Source of the DNA: Epiperipatus broadwayi
Lineage: Eukaryota; Animalia; Onychophora
Reading direction: 5' to 3'
Length of the DNA: 64,000 nt
Assembly: GCA_028023455.1 (NCBI GenBank)
Contig: JAQFVV010000006.1
Span: 15,004,001-15,068,000 of the forward strand
In this document: positions 24,889 to 34,897 of the stretch, one piece after another
Layout: each line of letters starts with the position of its first letter
Position numbering within the stretch: position 1 is the first letter of the stretch
Program-made: the position numbers and the translations under genes
Notes under the pieces: model-generated
What the model saw: the letters and a program-made list of their open reading frames with translations, nothing else
Database searches by the model: none
What the model was told of the DNA's origin: nothing

Positions 24889-25500
24889 CCACACTCAGCA
24901 AGCTAGAGTAATCAATGGATTCCAGAAGGTTTGTGCATAAAATCCCCATCTAGTGCCTACTCATCCAATATCCCCAGACTAGTTTCTGGCCATATGGCCT
25001 TCATCAATCAGGAGCCTTGGATCTGAGAGCACTGCATCTAAATCTTAGGATCTAATGCAACCCTCCAGCAACCACCTTTTATCTCCATTTAACTACAAAA
25101 CTCTGAGTCTTAAATTGAAAATACCTTAATGTTTTCAATCCAAGCCCATTAGCTTATATAGACATATGGGTCTGAACCCAGTTTAGTACCCATACATTTT
25201 GGTGTCTTTGGTTCTTTAACAACCATAGCTACCACTATCCTATTAGGCAGGATTGGTTTTAAGCCCCTAAACATCACATGACCATCTTCTCTTATGCTTG
25301 TGTATAATTGTTGTTAAAACAGGCAAAACTCACTAAATATATTGCCACACACAGCAAGCTAAATGGGGATTTTATGCACAAGCTTTCTGGCATCCATTGA
25401 TTACTCTAGCTTGCTGTGTGTGGCAATATACATAGTGAGTTTTGCCTGTTTTAACAACAGTTACACACAAGCATAAGAGGAGATGGTCATGTGATGTTTA
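24785..25500 (-). mobile_element. Family A: one full monomer, start of a second tandem copy, and terminal inversion
   Basis: caggcaaaactcact at 24785 and 25320 (period 535, including about 80 bp of (TA)n expansion at 24799-24886); 25363-25500 is inverted. Confidence 0.85.
24971..25013 (-). ncRNA. Hammerhead variant (family A copy 2)
   Basis: Reverse complement TCCTGA TTGATGA A GGCC ATAT GGCC A GAAA CTAGTC TGGGGA; C3 changed to U. Confidence 0.65.
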
Positions 25501-25969
25501 TTTATTTTTACTACAAAATAAACTGCTGTATATATATACAATTAAAATATCAAATATAAAAACAATATTGAACATCTGAGTTTGATTTCTTGTAAAAAGT
25601 GTCACTTTTAACTAGAGATTTAATTGAGCTATTAAAAATATGATTATAGTTTTTGTGGAGATGTAAAAGCTTTTATAAGGAAAAAAAAGATAGTGAAGAG
25701 ATATGAAATCAGGCAATCTTTTTTTGTGAAAAAAAAAAAAAAGTTGTAAATCATGTCTTTATTAGAAACAGAGGAGTGGGTGGGTGACAACCTTCCATTA
25801 GCCCATCTTGCAACATGCTTTAGTTTGTGAAACTAATCGTCCCCACCTAGAAATCAGGTGTCATCTTGATGGTACACCTGGTTAAAGATAGCAAATTATG
25901 AAATAAGAAACGAAAAAATCAACCGTTTCCATATACCCAAAGATCTTCATTAAAATAAAGTATTTAATA

Positions 25970-26200
25970 TTACTTTATTAATCAATTATGTAATTTATAT
26001 TAAAGAGCTGTGTATTTATCTGAAATGGATGGCGTCAAAGTTGTGAGTGGAGGGAGTTTGACAATGGTAAATGAAAATGTAACAATTTACTCTAGATAAA
26101 TACTTTGCATATAATAGAGATATATATGGGAGATAGTGACCTGAGATAACTGATGAGTACTGGTTCAGCACGAAATGCGTCTTGGGGTCATTTCTTTTTT
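25970..26200 (+). mobile_element. Diverged family B retrozyme-like copy
   Basis: gtcaaagttgtgag...agtttgac and the downstream HHR align to 48708-48870. Confidence 0.6.
26146..26185 (+). ncRNA. Minimal type I hammerhead with intact catalytic core
   Basis: ATAA CTGATGA GTACTG GTT CAGCAC GAAA TGCGTC TTGG: G10.1-C11.1 kept, GUC triplet at 26179-26181, short stem I (TAA/TTG). Confidence 0.75.
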
Positions 26201-26493
26201 ATTATATCTTTATTTACATGAATTTGGAAAGAATGGGGAAGTAAAAAGGTGTTTATTATATCTATAAACATACGTATTGTAACAAGGTTTAGTAGATTCT
26301 ATGCGTTATTCGTTATTTTCTTTAGTATTAATAAATAGTTATTGCTGTATTTATCTTTAAAAGTTTTACTTAATAAAATAAAAAACAATGTGCATGGATG
26401 TACTTATTTTTGTATTAATATGCTTTATTTATGATGTTGCCATTTTAATGTTAACATTTTTTTACAAGTGTATATGTTTTGTTTTTGTTTTAG

Positions 26494-26682
26494 ATATTGA
26501 TAGCTCATAATATTGTTGAAAAATTGACTAAACTAAGTGAAGAATACATAGCGAAGACCCCGGAGTTGTATGATATTGATAATCCTTCTCACCCTTTTTC
26601 AATAAATGAACATCACAGCACTCTTACTATTTTACATCTTTGTCGCTCATTACTGCAGATACTTCAAAAAAAGACTATATAG
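26494..26682 (+). CDS. Candidate (terminal) exon of an unidentified host gene
   Basis: Strong polypyrimidine acceptor ttttgtttttgttttag, then open frame ILIAHNIVEKLTKLSEEYIAKTPELYDIDNPSHPFSINEHHSTLTILHLCRSLLQILQKKTI*. Confidence 0.4.
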   Translation: MLIAHNIVEKLTKLSEEYIAKTPELYDIDNPSHPFSINEHHSTLTILHLCRSLLQILQKKTI

Positions 26683-28194
26683 AACAAAATTATATAACAT
26701 TTATGAGCGAATTTATGTGTGCGTGTGTGTAAATGTGATGTGTATAATGCAGAGACATACACGCACATATACATATGTAAAATATTATTCAACAAATCAT
26801 AGCGCTAAAATTAATAAAATACATTTATTTACGTTTGACTATTTAGTTGTTGTTTTGTGTGTGTGTGTTTCTGTAGCAAAATAAGAGAAGATGCTTCATA
26901 TGCAGCAATGCATAAATTGATCTGTCTCTCTCTCTCACCCTCTTCTCTTTTTCTCCCTCCTTTCTCTTCCTCCTTTTTTTCCATTCCCCCTCCGTCCGCC
27001 CGTCCTATATTTAACTTTCAATGCCTCACTCCGTGAAATCACTTTTCATGTGATGGAAAATTGAGATGTTGTATCGTGCTTATAGAATTTAACTTAATCC
27101 ACAAAGAAATATACTTGGCCAAATCTTTATTAGATTTATAAATAATTCTTATAATTAGATTCATTAATAAATAAATCTGTCCTTTCAAGTATTTATAATT
27201 AATACTATGCTTTGCTAGTGTTAATAAAGTTCTCTAGAATATCCTCACTGTCTAAAAATATCGCACTTTAAATGGATGGTTGGATTTATGAAAGGTATCT
27301 ATGAGACATCATACTTAAGTGCCTAAAAGTGAACTGATTCACAATTAGATATTTCCACATATCTAATAAAATTAACGAAGGATGTGCATACTATTTTTTT
27401 TATATAAAATGATAGGCTGAAGTACCCATAAGCACTACCAGCAAACATGTAGTACATAAATCAAATATATGTATTTACATACCTTTCCTCCTTGATTAAC
27501 TCACAGCTGTGAACATAAGATACAATAATAAAGATGAGATATAATGAGACTTAAGAGTGAAGAGTTGTGTCTTATATTGAACAACCCGTAAATTAATCAT
27601 GGGCTTAATACAATCAATAATAAACAAAAATTTGCCTGGACCTGTAATTTTTATTTATATTTTGTTTTTAAAACCAAATTACTGGAAGATCAATAATGAC
27701 AAGTGATTAGATTATGTTATGTATATACACAGGGTGCCCCAATGAAAAGGTGGCTTTTTTCTCTAAGATGTCCAAAATGCTATCTCTGAATCAATCTTCA
27801 TGTTTCATAGTGATATAGTTTAACTATTCATCATAGAAATTTTAATTTTCTAGTATATCTGGATTATATATTATGATATGAAATGTCTCCATATATTTTA
27901 TATCTAAACCCTTGATGGAATAATGTCCTTATGCTAAATTGTGAAAAACTATAACTTAATCATTTGAAATGATTGGAATTATTTATAGTAGTTAGGTCGT
28001 GAGTTTGTAAGAGTGGTTTCAAGTAGTTGACAAGATTTCATGATGGTAGAGAGAGAGAGAGAGATTATCAAAGGTGATTTACATGTTTCAGATTTATATG
28101 ACTATATAAGAATATTGGCTTCAATTAAAACAATATGTTTTTCAATTTGATTTGGAAGATTGATCATAGATCAAAGAAATAATAGATAGCTGTT

Positions 28195-28320
28195 AGAGAT
28201 AAGAAGCATTAGATTTAAAAGGTCCAGGTGCATTATTTCCAAATCCAAAGCTTCTTGCTGATAAAAGCTATAAGCTAGAAACTAGTCTGAAAGTAGTGAA
28301 TGGCACAGCAAATCTGAAGC
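28195..28320 (+). mobile_element. Highly degenerate family A fragment
   Basis: cattagat..aaaggtccaggtgca...tccaaagcttct..ctgataaaagctataagctagaaactagtctg. Confidence 0.5.
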
Positions 28321-28539
28321 AGTGATATATCTTATTTAGATGTATAGTTCTCTTTTGTACTAATTTGTGTGTAAATGTATTATATATACATATGTGTTAT
28401 AATAAGTTGTATTTTTATATTGGATTATTTCCATCATCTAATATATATATATCGAATGTCTTTAGAAATATTTAACTTTATTTAAATATTCCAAATACAT
28501 TCAACTGTTAGTAATAGCACATCAAACAGGTTAGCATAT

Positions 28540-28689
28540 GCATAACATTTTGAGAAGTATTAGTATCCCCTCTTCTTCAGGTGTTGCTGGCCTGGCCAAT
28601 GACAGTACTAGTGTGGGATTCAAACTCGAGTCCTTAGATTCTTGAATTTTGAATTTTAAAGTAATGCTTTAACCAACAGCCATCCTGCC
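28540..28689 (-). ncRNA. tRNA-like Pol III head plus HHR-like core in PLE1 terminal repeat (family F copy 2)
   Basis: Reverse complement GGCAGGATGGCTGTTGGTTAAAGC...GAGTTTGAATCCCAC...GCCAGCAACAC CTGAAGA AGAGGGG...CTC AAAA TG (GAAA mutated). Confidence 0.6.
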
Positions 28690-29601
28690 AGAGGCAACAG
28701 TCTGTAGTAATTTCATCTATGTATCTATGATGTTCCTCCTTATTTCTCCATTTTTTCCTAAGAGCAAAGTTGATTAGTGGTTTCCATACATTATGTAGAG
28801 TCACACTAGGTTAGCTTATGGGATTTTTTGCCATTGTCATGTGAGCAGCTTCTTTAAATTTTCTTCTTTGTACCTTTTCTTCTCTGTCCAATATTTTTGT
28901 ATTTTCCCAATTGACCATATGTTCATTGGCACATACATGTTCTGCTACCTTAAACACATCTGTTTTCTCTCTTCTAATCATCAGTTTTTGTTCTTGCAAG
29001 CACTTTTCAATGGGATGGGTGGTCTTGCCAATATATGTTCTTCCACATTCTCATGGTATTTTATAAACACAGTTTTCTTTTCATCACTTCAAGTTTAGGC
29101 TTTGTAGATGTTAGAATTCCTCATGGGGTGGGATGGCACTGGAAAGCTGTTCTCATGTTACACCGATTGCATATTTTCCTTAATTTGTCTGCTACTTTTG
29201 GAATATATGGGTACACTGCAGCACCAATATTTTCTTTTTCCAAATCGCTGGTTTCTGAACAAACTTCTTTTGGTGAGACCATTGAAAAGCGCTTGCAAGA
29301 ACAAACTGATGATTAGAAGAGAGAAAATGGATGTGTCTAAGATAGCAGAACATGTATGTGCCAATGAACATATGTTCAATTGGGTAAATACAAAAATATT
29401 GGATAGAGAAGAAAAGGTGCAAAGAAGAAAATTTAAAGAAGCAGTTCACATGACAAATGGCAAAAAATCCCATAAGCTAACCTAGTGTGATTATACATAA
29501 TGTATGGAAACCACTAATCAACATTGCTCTTAGGAAAAAGTGGAGAAATCAGGAGGAACCTTATAGATAAGTATATGAAATTACTACAGACTGTTGCCTT
29601 T

Positions 29602-29760
29602 GGCAGGATGGCTTAGTTGGTTAGAGTGTTACCTTAAAATTCAAAACTCGAGAATCTAAGGACCCAGGTTCGAATCCCATGCTAGTACTGTTACTGGTCA
29701 GGCCAGCAACACATGAAGAAGAGGGGGGACTAAATACATTTCATAACGTTGTGCATATAC
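29602..29760 (+). ncRNA. tRNA-like Pol III head plus degenerate HHR core (family F copy 3)
   Basis: GGCAGGATGGCTTAGTTGGTTAGAG A-box, GGTTCGAATCCC B-box (29667-29678), ATGAAGA...CATAAC (core mutated). Confidence 0.65.
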
Positions 29761-30040
29761 TATCCTATTACAGTTGAATGTATTTGGAATATTTAAATAA
29801 AGTTAATGTTTTCTAAAGACATTCAATACATATATTAGATGATGGAAATAGTCCAATATAAAAATACAACTAGAACACCATCATCACAAACCTTCAAGAA
29901 AACACATATTATAATAAGAGCTTATACTAGTTATATATTTTTTATATGTCAGTCTTTATTTATATAATTTGATTTATATGTGTATATTTCTTATTTTGTC
30001 TTTTATAATCCTTGTGTAGTGTAACTATGATATTAGAATA

Positions 30041-30151
30041 GTCAAGCGTTGTTAGCCGAGATGTCAGTGCAGCCGCCTTGCAAGCAAGTAGTTGGTTGCA
30101 GACGGTTGTTGCGGATTCGCCTCCTGGCCGATGCTATGACATATGGGAAAA
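30041..30151 (+). mobile_element. tRNA-derived SINE (family G) copy 3 with perfect 18-bp TSD
   Basis: TSD aactatgatattagaata at 30023-30040 and 30152-30169; body matches the other family G copies. Confidence 0.9.
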
Positions 30152-31196
30152 AACTATGATATTAGAATAAGTGAGGACTTGTAACATATTTTTTACATGT
30201 TCTAATTTTCTTTTTTGTACTATTTATATATTTATACTTTGCAAAAGTTTAAGATTTCTTGAATATGCTTGTTATTAATATAAATGTATTTTTATATAGA
30301 ATCAAATTTTATTTATTTATTTTTTAAATTAAGACGAGTATTTGCTATTATTATTAATTTTAATATAGCAGGACTTATATCAAGACTAATGGAATCAAAA
30401 GAAAAAAAAGCAAAACCAATTTTTATTTTTAATAAATTCTTTCTTTTAAGAACGATAATTAAAACATCAACTCCGCGTATGTGTATTTAGATTTTATAGT
30501 GTTTACGTGAATATTCTCACGATGTGATCGTTATATAAGTTATTAATTATAATTGAGAATTATGAAAAAGTATTCAATGGAATAAATTATAAACTTGTTT
30601 ATTTTTTAATAATGAAACCCTTCAACATTAATTTACGATAAAAGATTTAAAGAAAAACATACATCTAATAAATTATATATCTAGGTAGAATACAAACCTT
30701 GAGTTTATTATATAAAACATTTATTGTATGATATTTATTTAACAAAATTCAATAGAAGAAATATAAGTCGTTATGCAATTGGTGTAATTCTTACACTTAT
30801 ATATGTGGATTAACAAGAAAATAAAAAAGAAAATAATTGTAGTTAATTAATTAAGAGTCATTTCTTACTTAAGTATTATACCTGCTGTGATATTTCGCAT
30901 AATATCAGTCTTCTATTAACTAAATAAAAACAGATGCGTATGAGTTTTTAATACAGCATTCTTCCATCACATATACGGATTACAATTCCCAAATTTTACT
31001 TAAAAATAAAAAATACATATATTAATTCTGGCAGGAAATGTTACAGCAGGTCTAATATGTAAGAACTGGTCATTTTGACATTCAACAAATCTAATATTCT
31101 TTATGAATTTGTTATCATCTTATCCTTTATGCATTAATAAAATTATAAAAAATAAACTAAATCCATTTTTCATATTACTGTTACAATGCTTATTTG

Positions 31197-31365
31197 AAAG
31201 TAATATTTATTAAGGCTATAACCTTAAGATTACATGCTAAATCTTGTGTTAAAGATTTGCACAGGTCCCTACTGTCATTTTTTCAGGCGCATAGTCTTAA
31301 CGTTATAGCCTTAATAAATATTACTTTAAGTAACGAGTATGCGCTTTATAATTATAATTATTACA
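31197..31365. repeat. Family E hairpin repeat
   Basis: Arms agtaatatttattaaggctataac..taaga / tcttaa.gttatagccttaataaatattact; same loop sequence as 56071-56205. Confidence 0.7.
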
Positions 31366-31371
31366 ACTTTC

Positions 31372-31705
31372 CAATGCTTATTTTATTAAAATTAATCAAT
31401 CTTACAGTTTTGATTGACCAATAATCTTTTTCAGAACTATTTATGTATTTATATGTAACAAAGGGAGTAAATCAACCTCCCCCAGGCTATGATTTAAAAA
31501 CACTAAATATCGAGCAAAGGACCAAGTAATGGATTCATTCTATTCCAGCCTGGGGGAGGATGATTTGCCCCCTTTCTTTACATATGCATCAAATTATGTT
31601 TAATTTAAAGTTTTCATTGATTTATATATATATCTTGTAGTTCTGAAGAAGATTATTGGTCAATCGAAACTGTATGATTGATTAATTTTAATAAAATAAG
31701 CATTG
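31372..31705. mobile_element. Family D palindrome with outward-facing HHR-like cores
   Basis: 31372-31489 is the reverse complement of 31547-31705 (with indel). Plus core CTGAAGA A GATT attggtc AATC GAAA CTGTA at 31643-31674; left core mutated. Confidence 0.7.
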
Positions 31706-32117
31706 TAACAGTAATATGAAAGGTAGTTTTGTTTAATTTTTTGAATCTAATGTTCAGTGCAGTAATTGCTTTTAGTCGACCAAACTGAATTGTTTTTTTT
31801 ATATCCTTTTGAAAATCAATTCATGAATTTTAAAATTTGTATACACTTTTCTATCATTATTTATGATATATTTAATTAGTAAGTTAATTTCAAAATGCTA
31901 ATTAAACATTCTTAGTAATCCTTTGATGAACATCTCAGCTTTTACATTATGTTTTATTTTAAAAAATAGCAAAATATTGTAATAGAAACTTTTCTAATAC
32001 AAATATTTAAAGTATATTTCTAATCTTGATCTGTTCTATAGTATTTGGATATATATACTCATCTTTTCCAAAATTTAAAAGTATAAACACTAATTAACTA
32101 TAATAAATATTATAGAA

Positions 32118-33209
32118 CAGTGGTGCACAACCTTTTTACACTTGCAATCCTCGTACTCATACTGAAATTTTATGCGACTCATATGTTGCTACCATCCTAT
32201 TAGAAACATATAAGAATGGTAATAATAAAAGTTGTTTTGCCACACACAAGTATATATCTTTATATTATATTTCATTATATACAATTTGATATAAAATCTT
32301 TGAAAAAAACTGCTTATTAACCGAAAATGTATAATAATACTTGTTTTTTAGTAGATCTGTTGATTTGTAGCAATTGCAACTTTTTTAGTCTGTTTTAATT
32401 ATAAATTTATTTAACGCACATTGATTATGTAAGTAATATTTACTAAGGCAATAAACCTCAAGCAATGTGCGCTTGAATATGCGAAGATAGAGACCTCTAC
32501 AGGTCTTAACCACAAGCTTACGCTTTGGAAGAAAAGAGGGGAACCCTTCTTTACTTCAACCTACTTTCTATATAAATAGGTGAAGCTGAAGTAGTTAGAT
32601 CTGAGAGTGTGAAGCTATTCAATATTTCACTGATTAAGTCCACAATTCCTATTACACATTATTACTCGCAAAATCTTTCAATTTACAATGAGTCAAATAC
32701 TTCACTGATTAAGTCCACAATTCCTATTACACATTATTACTCGCAAAATCTTTCAATTTACAATGAGTCAATGGAAAGATCTTATAGTTAGAAATCTATT
32801 ACAATAATTTAATGTTGTAATTATAAATTTATTTAATGCACATTGATTACGTAAGTAATATAGAAAATGTGTACATTTAAGAACGTAGAAACACATATCA
32901 ATGTTAGGAGGCTACTAGCATGAAGAACAAAACTGAGAGTGAACAAGAGAAATGGGAACAATATAAGGAAAGTGCCATTATGATGTGCTTTTTGTACAAA
33001 GCCCACTGGAATGTAAAGAAGGAAGTATTTAAACACAAAAGCAGTCAGACACATAATAATGAGTTGAGCAGTTTTCACGTATTTTTAATAGTGTTTAAGT
33101 TTTTATTTTTTCAATTAAAAATTTATTATCCAACAGGAGAACTTATCAAAATTTTCATGACTTAAAAACAATTTTTCTGTGCTCTTGATGGGTCGGTTAC
33201 GCACCACTG
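32118..33209. mobile_element. Non-autonomous hAT transposon
   Basis: 15-bp TIRs CAGTGGTGCACAACC / CAGTGGTGCGTAACC; 8-bp TSD ttatagaa (32110-32117) / ttatagac (33210-33217). Confidence 0.85.
32399..32870 (+). repeat. Family E unit with direct terminal repeat (period about 422 bp) and internal 75-bp duplication, inside the hAT element
   Basis: ttataaatttattta..gcacattgatta.gtaagtaatat at 32399 and 32821; ttcactgattaagtcc...caatgagtcaa at 32626 and 32701. Confidence 0.7.
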
Positions 33210-34897
33210 TTATAGACGACATCAACTTAATATTGTTGATATAGCATCTCCAGTCTGAAAATCCTAAAAGTTAATAAACCTATTTAAAGTTATGCATTGC
33301 TTTACTGTAACCATACTTTATATATATTCAATTTTTTAGCTAGACATCAGATGACAGAATTACCATTGCAATCATTAGCCATAACTTATAAACAAATTTT
33401 GCCATTCTATTTTCAGAGAAAAAAAGACAGAAATACAAAGAATAGAGAAAAAAATAAGACTCTAAACATAGTTACTGTACATGTAATGAAAGAATGAAAA
33501 TGTAGTTCTACAATCATTTTCATCACTGCTGAGATGAGAGGCTCAGGAAAACTAGATCTACATTAATCTTATTGATCAAAGAGAACAGTAGAAAATATCT
33601 AGAGAATGCTTTAATGAAGAAGTATCTAATTATTAGCACATATGGAGTTTCAGGTGTCTGTAGACTCATCAATTGTTATGTCTGGATGCAACTATGTCAT
33701 TTTGGACTAGACTAATAAGTTTGTCTTAACAACAATCAGAAATATAACTATATACCAATATTACAAATTATATTCAATATTAACAAATTTATTTTGCATA
33801 TTATTAAATCATATTTACAGATTTCACCGTAAGACTTACATAATTTATAATGAAGATCTGATCGTGCAACATGTTGCATAATTGCAGACCAACTTTTGAC
33901 ATTTGGAGGCATATCACTCCACTATAGAGCCTGTTTATATAACAAACATACAATGATGCCCAGCATCATAATATTACAGAACTAATCCAGGTGTGGTCCT
34001 GCCAGGGTGCAGACTGCTAAGTTGATCACATCCCAGGTTTTTATATCAGCATCTCTAATTCTTAATTGGGCAGTTGTTTTCACTAATCATCTAATGTATT
34101 CTTAAATCAATTATCTTTTGTTGTTAGTATTTATTTTTATGACAACATCCCACTTTACTTAAATTTGTCTTCATTTATTTATTTGTTAATTACAATTTTA
34201 TAATTCTTGGAGTTTAATTAATAACTGTTTAAAAGTTTCTGTGTATTGTGTATAAATAATTCTTTAGTTAAAGCAATTAACTTAATAATTTTTTATTAAA
34301 TACAAATAAAACATAAAATATTACTAATTCCCATTATTATTTACTTTTATATAAATATGTAGTTTCAACACATGCCTAACCATATTTCTAGTTCATGTGA
34401 TAAGCAAAGGGCATTCACAAAATTCATGCATAGCAAGAAAGTTGTCTAGTTTTTTCTACTGGTAAATGTTTGCAATATGCTTGAATTGATATGTGTGCTG
34501 AAATATATATATAAATTTTACAATAAACATTTACTTACTGTGTATCAAAAAACTAAAAAATAATTGTTTTCTTAAACCATAACTGGGGTTTTTATATTTA
34601 ATTTAAAATAAAAGCATAGTGTCCAGAAATTAATTAATTCGATTACTTATTATAAAAAGTAAGGATTGAATTAAGCACTTTTTGGACATCCTGTGCTTTT
34701 ATTTCAAATTAAGTATAAAATCCCAATTGTGACTGAAAGAACCAATTATTTTTTGGTTCTTTAATACATAATAAGTGAAAGCGTTTATAAAATATTTTAT
34801 ATATATATTATTTTTAGCTTTTTGGTATTCACAGGATAATAAAAGTATTTATTATAAAATATTAAAATTGGAAACGAATAAAAATCCTTATGCTGCT

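Larger units (their letters stand above)
28405..29871 (-). mobile_element. 5'-truncated Penelope-like element 1 with inverted duplication (minus copy 29279 to 28405; plus copy 29280-29871)
   Basis: Minus-strand AVYPYIPKVADKLRKICNR..TAF..[frameshift]NCVYKIP*ECGRTYIGKT..IEKCLQEQ..KVAEHVCANEHMVNWENTKILDREEKVQRRKFKEAAHM..IS*PSV..VWKPLI is a PLE GIY-YIG C-terminus; 28405-29012 is the reverse complement of 29280-29871. Confidence 0.9.

Noticed and set aside
24799-24894. YIYIYI N-terminus of ORF 24679-24894
   Set aside because: Translation of a (TA)n expansion inside family A; only the FADD part is real (RTE RT remnant)
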